DNA of 64,000 bases from an uncultured Bacilli bacterium (lineage in GTDB: Bacteria > Bacillota_I > Bacilli_A > RFN20 > CAG-826): positions 78-64,077 of the forward strand of contig CALWAS010000009.1 in the NCBI GenBank assembly GCA_944375905.1, written 5' to 3'. Under the pieces are notes generated by a model. The model saw only the letters and a program-made list of their open reading frames with translations. It was not told the DNA's origin and searched no databases. Shown in pieces: positions 9,095 to 17,903 of the stretch. The position numbers were made by a program, and so were the translations under genes. Position 1 is the first letter of the stretch. Every line of letters starts with the position of its first letter.

Positions 9095-9534
9095 AGAAGG
9101 CGATCGGGCTTGACCTCGGGACGACGACCCTCGGCCTCGCCGTAAGCGACAGCCTTGGCCTCGTCCATCCCCGGCCCGTCTTCGAATTCCCGAAGAAAGC
9201 CTACCGCCGGGCCATCGCCCGCTTCCTTGAACTCGTCGAGGAAACCGGGATCCGGGAAGCGGCTCTCGGCTATCCCCTCAACATGGACGGGAGCGAAGGG
9301 GAAGCAGCCCTTCGCTCGCGCCGGTTCAAGGAAATCGTGGAGCGCGAGCATCCCGATATATCCGTCCATCTCGTCGACGAGCGGCTATCGACCGTCGAGG
9401 CTTACGAGGAGATGAACGAGCGCGGGGTCAAATCCCGCCGGAAAAAGGGGCTCGTGGATAGCGAAGCGGCTTGCATCATCCTCGAGCGACATCTCGCAAA
9501 GGAGAGAGAAAATGCTGGAAATCAAGGACAATAG
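9091..9534 (+). CDS. ruvX: Holliday junction resolvase-like protein RuvX/YqgF
   Basis: MKKAIGLDLGTTTLGLAVSD N-terminus. ATGA overlap with alaS stop. Lies after alaS as in Bacilli. Confidence 0.9.
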   Translation: MKKAIGLDLGTTTLGLAVSDSLGLVHPRPVFEFPKKAYRRAIARFLELVEETGIREAALGYPLNMDGSEGEAALRSRRFKEIVEREHPDISVHLVDERLSTVEAYEEMNERGVKSRRKKGLVDSEAACIILERHLAKERENAGNQGQ

Positions 9535-9775
9535 CATCGAAATAGAGAAAGACGACGGAAGCAAGGAACTCTGGAAGATCCTTTTCTATTACGACAACCC
9601 GGAACGCAAGAAGACATACTACCTAATCTACAAGGAAGAAGACCCCGATAGCCTTCTTGTCCTCGGGACGGAGGACGGAAAGAGCCTCTCTCCGGTAAGC
9701 GAGGAGGAAATCGATGAAGCCGAGGAAACTCTTAGGGCCTACGAAGAGGATCCGAAGATGGGTGAGCTGGACTAG
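9512..9775 (+). CDS. DUF1292/UPF0473 (YrzB-like) small acidic protein
   Basis: 87 aa. ELWKILFYYDNPERKKTYYLIY. Follows ruvX as yrzB does in Bacilli (recollection). Confidence 0.7.
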   Translation: MLEIKDNSIEIEKDDGSKELWKILFYYDNPERKKTYYLIYKEEDPDSLLVLGTEDGKSLSPVSEEEIDEAEETLRAYEEDPKMGELD

Positions 9776-9827
9776 GGTTTTGCCCTCAAAAGTAATATAA
9801 TCGCGAAGCAATAGAGGAATTTAGCGC

Positions 9828-10310
9828 ATGGCAGAAGAAAAGATGATAATGACCAAGGCCGGGATGGAGAAGCTCGAGAAGGAGTACCGCCATCTCATCG
9901 ACGTCGAAAAGCCGGAAGTCGTCGAGGCCCTAAAAGCCGCCCGGGCCCAGGGCGACCTTTCGGAAAACGCCGATTACGACGCGGCTAGGACCCGTCAAGC
10001 CGAGATCGAGGCCCGGATTCAGGAAATCGAACACATCCGCGACGTCGCCGAAATCGTGAGCGACGACATGGCCCGCGGAAGCAAAAAGGCCGCTCTCGGC
10101 ACCCTCGTCACCTACAAGAAGGGCGACCGGGAAATCACCGTGAAGCTTGCCGGCACCGTCGAGGCCGACCCGCTTGCCAATCCGCCGCTCATCTCGAGCG
10201 AATCGGCAATCGGAAAAGCCATCTTCGGCAAGAGCGTCGGCGAAACTTGCATGGTCGAGACGGCCAAGCCTTACGAGATTACCATCATCAAGATCGTAAG
10301 CGGCTTCTAA
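9828..10310 (+). CDS. greA: transcription elongation factor GreA
   Basis: 160 aa. MTKAGMEKLEKEYRHL and GDLSENADYDAAR coiled-coil motif. Confidence 0.93.
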   Translation: MAEEKMIMTKAGMEKLEKEYRHLIDVEKPEVVEALKAARAQGDLSENADYDAARTRQAEIEARIQEIEHIRDVAEIVSDDMARGSKKAALGTLVTYKKGDREITVKLAGTVEADPLANPPLISSESAIGKAIFGKSVGETCMVETAKPYEITIIKIVSGF

Positions 10311-10329
10311 TCGAAACATCGGTCGAGCC

Positions 10330-10351
10330 AAGGGCCTTCGGGCCCTTTTTT
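10330..10351 (+). terminator. intrinsic terminator after greA
   Basis: AAGGGCC-ttcg-GGCCCTT followed by TTTTT. Confidence 0.8.
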
Positions 10352-10402
10352 CGTCGTTTCTTCTCAATTCGTTCCTATATGTAGGCGAAGGGAGGCATTT
10401 CC

Positions 10403-10957
10403 ATGTTCAAGATAATAGTCGCCGTCCTAGCGATAACCGTCGTCATGCTCGTGGCCTTGGCCGGGGTCGATGCCATGACCACCGACATCGTCGACGGAAA
10501 TAACAACCTGACGTCCTACGTCGCCGATCCGGAAAATTCGCTTCAGGCGACGGTCGACGGGGAAGTGGCCCGTCCGGGAACCTATCTTTTGGAAGAGGGA
10601 TCGACCCTCTCCGACCTTCTTGTCGCGGCCGGCGGGGCCAGCGGCAATGCCGATGGCCGTGCCTACGACGTGAGTTTCGTCCTCGAGAGCAAGATGAGCT
10701 TTTACATCGCTCCTCTTTTCGACACCGGCGACATCTGCGCCACCGAGCCGATTCCCAAAGTCAACATCAACACGGCTTCGAAAAGCCAACTGGACGAAGG
10801 GGTAAGCGCCTTCTCGAGTTCGGTTGCCCAAGCGATCGTCGACTATCGAAATAGCAACGGGCTTTTCAAGCGGATCGAGGAACTCAAGGACGTAAAGGGG
10901 ATCGGGACCGCCACTTTCGAAAAGTGCAAAGATTACGTGATTTTGCGGGAAGGATAA
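10403..10957 (+). CDS. comEA: ComEA-family DNA-binding competence protein
   Basis: N-terminal TM helix and C-terminal tandem helix-hairpin-helix (NINTASKSQL ... LKDVKGIGTATFEK). Confidence 0.88.
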   Translation: MFKIIVAVLAITVVMLVALAGVDAMTTDIVDGNNNLTSYVADPENSLQATVDGEVARPGTYLLEEGSTLSDLLVAAGGASGNADGRAYDVSFVLESKMSFYIAPLFDTGDICATEPIPKVNINTASKSQLDEGVSAFSSSVAQAIVDYRNSNGLFKRIEELKDVKGIGTATFEKCKDYVILREG

Positions 10958-12993
10958 GGCCAGAAGGCTTCCTTCTGGCCCTTGTCTTCTACGTCGTCTT
11001 TTCTTTCCTTTCATTTTCCCTAGGGCTTTTCGCCTTCGCTTTCCTTGCCGTTTTCGCTCCGCTCGTCGTTTTGCTAAAAAGGCGAAAAGCCCTCGTTGCC
11101 GTTTTGTTTCTGTCCTCGTCGCTGGCGGTCGTTCTTTTCGGCGCGCAATCGCGCGGCGAAGCGGTGGAGGGAAGCTTCAGCGGAATCGTGATCGATGCCC
11201 GCGATTCCTACTTCCTCCTCGAGACGATGAACGGGCGCTATCTGGTTTACGAAGAGAACTCTACCCGCGAGCGCTTAGATTTCCTGAGGGTTGAAGGTAG
11301 GACCGAAGAGCTAATGATTGCCCATTACGAAAGTCGTTTCTCCTTTGAGGAATACCTGAATAAGAAAGGCGTCTACAAGGAAATACGGCCTGAGAAGATC
11401 GAGGAGCAAATCGCCTTTCCGTTTCGCCTTCGGGCGGCCGGAGTCGCCTTTTTGCGGTCCTTCGACGAGAAAACGGCCGGGGTGGTCGATTCCGTGCTTT
11501 TCGGGCGAGGAAGCGCCGAGAGTACGGTGGTTTCTTCTTTCGAGGCGATCGGGGCCCTCTTCTATCTCTCGGGATCAGGGACATTGCTTGGGGCATTTGC
11601 CTACGCCGTTGAATACGTTGCCTCTCTCAAGCTGAGGAAGGGCCAGGCGTCAGGGATCGCTACCGGCATCGTGATTGCCCTTTCGTTCGCTTATCCATTC
11701 AAGGTAGGCATTCTACGGGTCGCGCTTTCGAGGCTCGCCAAATGCTTTCTTTATGCCCGAAAGAAGCCTTTTTCGCCTCTTGTTCCCGGGCTTTTGGCAG
11801 CTTTCGTCATCCTTGCGATGGATTTTCGGATGGGACTCGACTCTGGCTTCCTCCTCGGTTTTTCCCTTTCCTTTTCCTTTGCCCTCTCGGGATTCGTCCG
11901 GAAGGCCGATTGGCGAAAGCGCTCCCTTTATTCGTTTCTTCTTTCTTCTTCCCTCGTCCTACCGATGCTTTTCTCTTCCGGAAGCCTCCATCTGCTTTCG
12001 CCCCTGTATTCGCTTTTCCTCGCGCCCATCGTCTATCCCTTTCATGCGGCGGCCCTTCTTTCCTTCATATTGAAACTGCCTTTTGTTTCCTTTCTCGGCG
12101 GCTATGCCGATTTCCTGCTTGCCGTTTCCGGCCTTCTCGAGCCGGCCGACATTGTCGTTCCCGTTCTGGGAGACATTGCTATCTTCTCGGCCGTCTACTA
12201 CCTTTTGCTTTTCCTTTTCCTCGTATTCTCGGAATTGGGGCTTTCCATGTTCAGGAAAGGAACAGCCGTGCTCGGTGCAGCATTTCTCCTTCTCAACTGC
12301 GTTCCGTATTCTTCCCTCCTCGGCGAAAGCGTTCATTTCATCGACGTCGGGCAGGGCGATTCGACGCTCATAATAAGCGGCGGCGAGGCGGTACTCGTCG
12401 ATACCGGCGGGAATCTTTCCTTCGACATGGCGAAGGAAGTCCTCGTTCCCTATTTTCGAAAGCAAAGGGTCTATTCATTGAAAGCCCTCATCCTTACCCA
12501 TGGCGACTTCGACCACGACGGAGCGAAGGATTCCCTCATTTCCTCGTTTCCGGTTGGGCAAGTGCTCGATGAGCCGTCCGACTTTCCCTTTCGCTTTGGC
12601 AACGCGCAAATGGAAAACATCAATTCGTTCGGCGGGGCCGATGAGAATGAGAACAGCCTGATTCTCCGCTTTGAACTCGCTTCCGCGTCGTTCCTCCTAA
12701 TGGGCGATGCCGGCAAGAAGACCGAGGAGCGACTTTTGGAAAGCGGGACCGACGTCGATGCCGACGTATTGAAAATCGGCCATCACGGATCCGATTCATC
12801 CTCTTCCTATCCTTTCCTCGAGGCCGTCTCTCCGTCGCTTGCCGTCATCAGTTGCGGCGAAGGGAACCGCTATGGGCACCCGGAGCCGGCCGTCCTTTCC
12901 CGGCTTTCGTCTTTGGGCATCGAAGTGAGAAGAACCGATTTGGAGGGGACCATCGAGCTATTCGCCCCCTTTGCCACTTCCTTTGCCCTATAA
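10924..12993 (+). CDS. comEC: DNA internalization competence protein ComEC/Rec2
   Basis: Polytopic membrane domain plus C-terminal MBL domain (HFIDVGQGDS, THGDFDHDG, GHHGSDSS). The 5' end is uncertain: GTG 10924 overlaps comEA by 34 nt and a 10-bp hairpin lies at 10958..10980. Confidence 0.88.
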   Translation: MQRLRDFAGRIRPEGFLLALVFYVVFSFLSFSLGLFAFAFLAVFAPLVVLLKRRKALVAVLFLSSSLAVVLFGAQSRGEAVEGSFSGIVIDARDSYFLLETMNGRYLVYEENSTRERLDFLRVEGRTEELMIAHYESRFSFEEYLNKKGVYKEIRPEKIEEQIAFPFRLRAAGVAFLRSFDEKTAGVVDSVLFGRGSAESTVVSSFEAIGALFYLSGSGTLLGAFAYAVEYVASLKLRKGQASGIATGIVIALSFAYPFKVGILRVALSRLAKCFLYARKKPFSPLVPGLLAAFVILAMDFRMGLDSGFLLGFSLSFSFALSGFVRKADWRKRSLYSFLLSSSLVLPMLFSSGSLHLLSPLYSLFLAPIVYPFHAAALLSFILKLPFVSFLGGYADFLLAVSGLLEPADIVVPVLGDIAIFSAVYYLLLFLFLVFSELGLSMFRKGTAVLGAAFLLLNCVPYSSLLGESVHFIDVGQGDSTLIISGGEAVLVDTGGNLSFDMAKEVLVPYFRKQRVYSLKALILTHGDFDHDGAKDSLISSFPVGQVLDEPSDFPFRFGNAQMENINSFGGADENENSLILRFELASASFLLMGDAGKKTEERLLESGTDVDADVLKIGHHGSDSSSSYPFLEAVSPSLAVISCGEGNRYGHPEPAVLSRLSSLGIEVRRTDLEGTIELFAPFATSFAL

Positions 12994-13034
12994 TTCCATC
13001 TGTGATTTGCCTTGTAGCGAGCCGCCAGCTCAAA

Positions 13035-13973
13035 ATGGCCGAAAGCGCCCTGAAGAAAGTATTGAAGAACGCCTCTTCGAAGAAGGGGGATTTCAATTTC
13101 GTCGAAATCGACGTTGCCGAAGACGGGATTCCGGCTTTGGTCGACGAGCTTTCATCGCTTCCGATCGGATATGACTGCAAAACGGTCGTAGCCACGAACA
13201 TCGTCTTCGACAAGGCGAAGGGGGCTCGCAAGAAGAAAGTCGATTCCGGCCTTGAGCCACTGATCGCTTGGCTTGCCCGTCCCGACCCCCAAATCGACCT
13301 ATACATGGTTTCCGTCGGCGACATCGATCGAAAGCATCCGCTTGTCGAAGCCATCGTGAAAGCCGGCGGGGCCGTTAGCGAAGTCAAGGAATTCACTCCC
13401 GAGGAATGGCGGCGCTACATCAGAACCTGGCTGGCCAAGCGCGGAGTCGGCATTGAGGATTCGGCCATCGACGAATTTTCCAGTCGCCTTGAAGGCGATT
13501 ACGCCCGCTTCCTCTCCGAAGGCGCCAAATTGGTCGCCTACAAGAATTACGAGGGGACGATCAGCCGATCCGACGTCGAGAAAATGGTCCACAAGCCGCT
13601 TGAGGCAAATGCCTTTGCCCTTTCCGATGCCCTCTTTTCGAAGGAACCGGCCCGCGCCTTCGACATTTATTACGACCTTAAGTCCTCTGGAATCGAGCCG
13701 ATAACCCTTGCCCGCATGATGCTTAAGCAGTTTTCCTTCCTCTCGGAGATGAGCTTCCTATTGACCCATGGGCTCAATAGCGACCGCGCGGCGGAGGAGC
13801 TTGGGGTCCATCCTTACCGGGCCAAAGTCGCCGCCCGCACGATTTCCCGTCTCTCGAAAAAGGATATCGATCGCGGCTTCAAGGCGCTTCACGACTTCGA
13901 GAAAGGAGTCCTGACTGGCGAGAAGGAGGCCGACATAGCCTTCGTCGAGTGCCTTTCGGAAATAGTTAAGTGA
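13035..13973 (+). CDS. holA: DNA polymerase III subunit delta
   Basis: 312 aa from ATG 13035 (MAESALKKVLK). Size, helical C-terminal half and position after comEC fit HolA. The upstream in-frame part of ORF 12852.. overlaps comEC. Confidence 0.75.
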   Translation: MAESALKKVLKNASSKKGDFNFVEIDVAEDGIPALVDELSSLPIGYDCKTVVATNIVFDKAKGARKKKVDSGLEPLIAWLARPDPQIDLYMVSVGDIDRKHPLVEAIVKAGGAVSEVKEFTPEEWRRYIRTWLAKRGVGIEDSAIDEFSSRLEGDYARFLSEGAKLVAYKNYEGTISRSDVEKMVHKPLEANAFALSDALFSKEPARAFDIYYDLKSSGIEPITLARMMLKQFSFLSEMSFLLTHGLNSDRAAEELGVHPYRAKVAARTISRLSKKDIDRGFKALHDFEKGVLTGEKEADIAFVECLSEIVK

Positions 13974-14422
13974 TATACGTGATCGCAAGCGATATCCACG
14001 GCGATTCCTCTTCCCTAAGAGGCCTTTTGCTTAGGGAAAGCCGGGCCGGCGCCTTCCTTTTGCTCGGAGACTCCTGCCTTCCGAAGGAGGAAATAAGCCC
14101 GTTCGTATCGGTCCTAGGCAATTGCGACATGGCCTTCCGCGAAGACTATCCATTGCATCGAAGCATCAGATTCCCAAGTGGCCATCGGGCTTTTTTGTCC
14201 CACCATCCGCTTGGGTCGTCTTCACTTCGCGAGCTCAAAAAGGCGGGGTATGCGTATTTCTTCCACGGCCACACGCATATTGTCGAGGATTACGTCGACG
14301 AGTCGGGGATCCGAGTCGTTTGCCCTGGTTCGCTTTCCCTTCCGCGGGATTCCGATAGGGGAAGCTATATGTTGGTGAAAGCCGACGAAAGCGGTGAGGA
14401 GATAATAATCAAGAAGGCATGA
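13970..14422 (+). CDS. YfcE/MJ0936-family metallophosphoesterase
   Basis: 150 aa. DIHGD, GNCD, HGHTH motifs. GTGA overlap with holA stop. Confidence 0.85.
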   Translation: MIYVIASDIHGDSSSLRGLLLRESRAGAFLLLGDSCLPKEEISPFVSVLGNCDMAFREDYPLHRSIRFPSGHRAFLSHHPLGSSSLRELKKAGYAYFFHGHTHIVEDYVDESGIRVVCPGSLSLPRDSDRGSYMLVKADESGEEIIIKKA

Positions 14423-14427
14423 AAAAA

Positions 14428-14446
14428 GCGCCCCAGAAAGGGGCGC
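14428..14446. terminator. bidirectional terminator between phosphoesterase and rpsT
   Basis: GCGCCCC-agaaa-GGGGCGC flanked by AAAAAA upstream and GAAAA downstream. The two genes are convergent. Confidence 0.75.
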
Positions 14447-14468
14447 CGAAAACGCGCTCGGTTAGAAC

Positions 14469-14738
14469 TTACTTCTTCTTCGCGAGGAGACGAGCGAGGC
14501 TCGATTTCTTGCGGCGGGCGCTATTGCCGGAGATGACTCCCTTTTGGGCAGCCCGGTCAAGAAGCCCTTCGGCGTGCGAAACGGCGGCCTTCGCTTCTTC
14601 GACGGTCCCGGTCTCGATGGCGAGCTTGGCCTTCTTGATGGCGGTGCGGAACTCGCTCTTGGCGGCCTGGTTCGCGAGGGCCTTCTTTTCGTCTTGCTTA
14701 ACGCGCTTGATTTGCGATTTGATGTTTGCCATTTTCAA
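14469..14738 (-). CDS. rpsT: 30S ribosomal protein S20
   Basis: MANIKSQIKRVKQDEKKALANQAAKSEFRTAIKK. Candidate promoter on the minus strand is TTGCCG-17-TAAGAT. Confidence 0.95.
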   Translation of the reverse strand: MKMANIKSQIKRVKQDEKKALANQAAKSEFRTAIKKAKLAIETGTVEEAKAAVSHAEGLLDRAAQKGVISGNSARRKKSSLARLLAKKK

Positions 14739-14842
14739 AATCCCTTCCGTATTACGTTTTCTAGCCTCGCTATCTTACGCGCAAGGGAAGCCCTCGGCAA
14801 TAAGAATTTGGGGCTAGGGCCCCTAAAGGGGACCCTAATAGG

Positions 14843-16852
14843 TCATTTCGCCTTTCTTTTGCCGGCGAGAGTGAGCACTTCGTAGGCAAAGTCGTCCACG
14901 GTCCCGATCTTTCCGTATAGATCGACCGGTATTTCGACCCGGAACTCGTCGTTTATGTCGCTGACCATTGCGACATAGCTCATCGAGTCGCCGCCGAGAT
15001 CGCGGTCCCAGACGTCGTCGTAGCCTATCTTTTCTTCCAGTAGATGCAGGTTCTTGGAGAAGACCTTGCGAACCCTGGCCCTCGCCTCCTTGACGGCCGC
15101 CGGATCGAAGGTCGCGAATCGCTCCTCCGAGGACGATGATGACTCGGTTCTTCCAAATAGCGGGATGAAATCCTTGCTACCGGCGCTCAGCTCGTCGCGA
15201 AGCTGGAAGCGTTTAACCTTCATCGAGCCCGAAATCGGCAAGCTGCGGCGATAGATGTAGGGGAGGTCCACTTTTTTCTCCTCCGGCAGGCCTTCGTTGA
15301 TTGACTTGAAGGCCTCGCGGATTCGCTCGACCGCGTTTTCCTCGCTTGCGTTATCCGTTTCGATTGCAAGGCAGATTTGCTCCCGCCCTTCGATCTCAAG
15401 CCCGAAGCAGGCGATGTTTTTCGCGTGCGGGAGATTGCGGAAGTAATCCTCGATCTCGTCCGGATAGACGTTTTCCCCATTCGTGTCGATGATGGTGTCT
15501 TTGATCCTTCCCTTCAGGAAAAGGTAGCCGTCGCCGTCGATCGTGGCGATGTCCCCGGTCGCGAAGTAGCCATCCTCGAGATGGGTAGGTACCCGCTTTC
15601 CACCGACGATTTCGCTTTCGTGTATGGTGGGTGACTTGATGAGCAGCTCCCCTTCTTGCTTGCCATCCCGGATTTTGGCTTCGAAGCCGGAGAAGAGGGA
15701 TCCGATGCTGCCGAGCAGGCGCTTCTGGGGATCGGCGCGGGTCTCGACGCAGGCAACCCCGATCTCGGTCATGCCATAGCCGTTTGAGAGGGGATAGCCG
15801 AGGCCGTTGATGATCCGCATCGTTTTCTTCCCGATCGCGCCTCCGCCGGAAATGCAGTAGACGATTTGGGCTCCGAAAGCCTTCTTTTGGATGAGGCGCC
15901 TGAAGAAGCAAGTTCCGGCAAAGCCAGCTTCCTTCTTTGTAATCTCCCCGTTGTTGTAGGCGATCATCTTCTCGAATAGTTCCTTGACCTTGCCGCCTTT
16001 GAGGGCAATCGTCCGTTCCAGGGTTTGGGCGACGCCGTCCCAGAACATCGGCACGCTGTAGACATGGGTGCAAGGGGCGTTTTTGATGGCCGCGACCACA
16101 TCCCTTATGGATGTGGAGGAAGGGTAAACGATAGCCATGCCGAAGAAGGTGTACCAGAGGAAGACGGCCACGAAGCCGAAGATGTGGTGGAACGGGATCA
16201 TGGCTAGGTTGTTCGTGGTGCCGTTATTGAGGATGAGAAGGTTCCGCTCCGGGAGGTTATCGGCCGCGAGTATCTGGCTCGTTAGGTTATGGGCGCTCAT
16301 CTCGATGAGCTTCGCGTCGCCCGTCGTTCCCGAGGAAGCGAAGATGACCTTGTCCGAGAAACGGGGTTCGAAGGCCGGGTTTTCGTGGGCATTGCGGATG
16401 TCGTTAAGGCGGTAGGTCGGGATCGAATATGGATCGACCTCGTTTGCCAAAATGGCCCTAGCACCGGCCTGACGAAGGAGATTTTCGGCGTTTTCCTTTT
16501 TGAGGCGGCTATCGACAAGCAGTATTTCCCGCCCGTTCATCGCGACGGCCCAAAAGAGGAGAGGCCAGTTCTCGCTGTTCCTCATCTTGATGGCGACCGG
16601 CCCTTCCGGCAGGCCGCTCAGGAGAGTCGAAAGGTGGCGGGCGAGGTAAACGGTCTTCCGGGCGTAGTCCCGATAGGACATCTTTCGCCTTTTTCCGTCT
16701 TCGTCAAAGTAAATGGAAGCCGTCTGCTTGGCATGATCTACGGTCGCGTGTTCGTAAACGGCCTTCAAGGTGTCCATTCCCGGCTTCCGGAGGATGTGTG
16801 ATTCGTCCATCAGGGCGCGGACGGCCCTGTAATCGCGGTTGGTGTTCTTCAT
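14843..16852 (-). CDS. acyl-AMP/acyl-CoA ligase-like adenylation domain fused to a C-terminal phosphopantetheine carrier domain
   Basis: ANL motifs SSGTTGDAKL, NGYGMTE, GDIATIDGDGYLFLKGRIKDTI, SGSMKVKR. C-terminal carrier motif DLGGDSMSYVAMV. Start set to MKNTNRDY (ATG 16852) with GGAAGGAAAAG upstream. Confidence 0.85.
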   Translation of the reverse strand: MKNTNRDYRAVRALMDESHILRKPGMDTLKAVYEHATVDHAKQTASIYFDEDGKRRKMSYRDYARKTVYLARHLSTLLSGLPEGPVAIKMRNSENWPLLFWAVAMNGREILLVDSRLKKENAENLLRQAGARAILANEVDPYSIPTYRLNDIRNAHENPAFEPRFSDKVIFASSGTTGDAKLIEMSAHNLTSQILAADNLPERNLLILNNGTTNNLAMIPFHHIFGFVAVFLWYTFFGMAIVYPSSTSIRDVVAAIKNAPCTHVYSVPMFWDGVAQTLERTIALKGGKVKELFEKMIAYNNGEITKKEAGFAGTCFFRRLIQKKAFGAQIVYCISGGGAIGKKTMRIINGLGYPLSNGYGMTEIGVACVETRADPQKRLLGSIGSLFSGFEAKIRDGKQEGELLIKSPTIHESEIVGGKRVPTHLEDGYFATGDIATIDGDGYLFLKGRIKDTIIDTNGENVYPDEIEDYFRNLPHAKNIACFGLEIEGREQICLAIETDNASEENAVERIREAFKSINEGLPEEKKVDLPYIYRRSLPISGSMKVKRFQLRDELSAGSKDFIPLFGRTESSSSSEERFATFDPAAVKEARARVRKVFSKNLHLLEEKIGYDDVWDRDLGGDSMSYVAMVSDINDEFRVEIPVDLYGKIGTVDDFAYEVLTLAGKRKAK

Positions 16853-16949
16853 CGCTCTTTTCCTTCCGATGAATTCTATCAGCCATTGAGGAAAAGAGAG
16901 GAGTTTAAAGGGTATAATCATCCCTGCACGAATTGTAGAGGACAAGCCG

Positions 16950-17903
16950 ATGAAGCGATTTGCAAGAAACGAAGACGTGAAAGTACTTTTCCTTGGGACG
17001 CCGGAGATGGCGAGAACGGTGCTCGACGGGATAGTTGGCGCCGGTTACGACGTGATCGGCGTCGTTACCCAACCCGACCGCGAGGCCGGACGCGGGCACA
17101 AACTTCGGTTTTCGCCGGTCAAGGAATACGCCCTTGAGCGAGGCATTCCCGTCTATCAGCCCGAAAAGATAAGGGACGACTATTCATTTGCCGAGGCGTT
17201 GCGCTTCGATGTCATAGCATGCATGGCCTATGGGCAAATCGTGCCGGAAGGCTTCCTAAGGATGGCGAAGATAGGCGCCATAAACGTCCACGGATCGCTT
17301 CTGCCGGCATATCGCGGCGCCGCCCCGATTCAGAGGGCCATCATGGACGGCCTCGACCGGACGGGCGTTTCCTTAATGGAAATGGTCGCCGAAATGGATG
17401 CGGGGAATGTCTATGACACCCGGGAAACGGAAATAGGCCCGGAGGAGAATTACACCGATTTGGGCAAGCGCCTTGCCTCGTTGGGAGCCGAGATGATCGC
17501 CGCCGACCTGCTTGCCTACGCCAACGGGGAGCTCAAAGGCCGGACCCAAGACGAGGAAAAGGCAACCATCGCCAAGAAGATCAGGAAGAGCGAGGAGCAT
17601 GTCTCGATCGGCTTCGATCGGAAGAAGGCCCACGACGCCTTCCGGGGCCTGAGCGAAGAACCCGGTGGCTATCTGTTGCTCGGTGACGAGAAGCTCAAGG
17701 TGTTTTCCTCCTCCTTCGTAGAAGGACCTGAGGGAAAGGAAGCCGGCGCTTATCTCGTGAGCGGCAAAAAGCTCATCGTCCGCTTTGCCGACGGGTGGCT
17801 TTCCCTCGATGAGGTCCAGCTCGAGGGCAAGAAGCGGATGGACATCGCCTCATTCCTGAACGGAAATCAGAATAAGCTAGGGGAAGAAGGGCTTTTGGCT
17901 TAG
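16950..17903 (+). CDS. fmt: methionyl-tRNA formyltransferase
   Basis: VLFLGTPEMA ... VVTQPDREAGRGHKL ... NVHGSLLPAYRGAAPIQRAI. TATAAT lies about 33 nt upstream. Confidence 0.93.
   Translation: MKRFARNEDVKVLFLGTPEMARTVLDGIVGAGYDVIGVVTQPDREAGRGHKLRFSPVKEYALERGIPVYQPEKIRDDYSFAEALRFDVIACMAYGQIVPEGFLRMAKIGAINVHGSLLPAYRGAAPIQRAIMDGLDRTGVSLMEMVAEMDAGNVYDTRETEIGPEENYTDLGKRLASLGAEMIAADLLAYANGELKGRTQDEEKATIAKKIRKSEEHVSIGFDRKKAHDAFRGLSEEPGGYLLLGDEKLKVFSSSFVEGPEGKEAGAYLVSGKKLIVRFADGWLSLDEVQLEGKKRMDIASFLNGNQNKLGEEGLLA

Noticed and set aside
12852-13034. Upstream in-frame extensions of holA (12852..13034), mtaB (33582..33917), the DEAD helicase (53947..54087), ybeY (44517..44621) and the orphan gene (32969..33133)
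   Set aside because: Each extension overlaps the preceding gene or a promoter region, lacks homolog-like sequence, and has an internal ATG that gives the canonical N-terminus.
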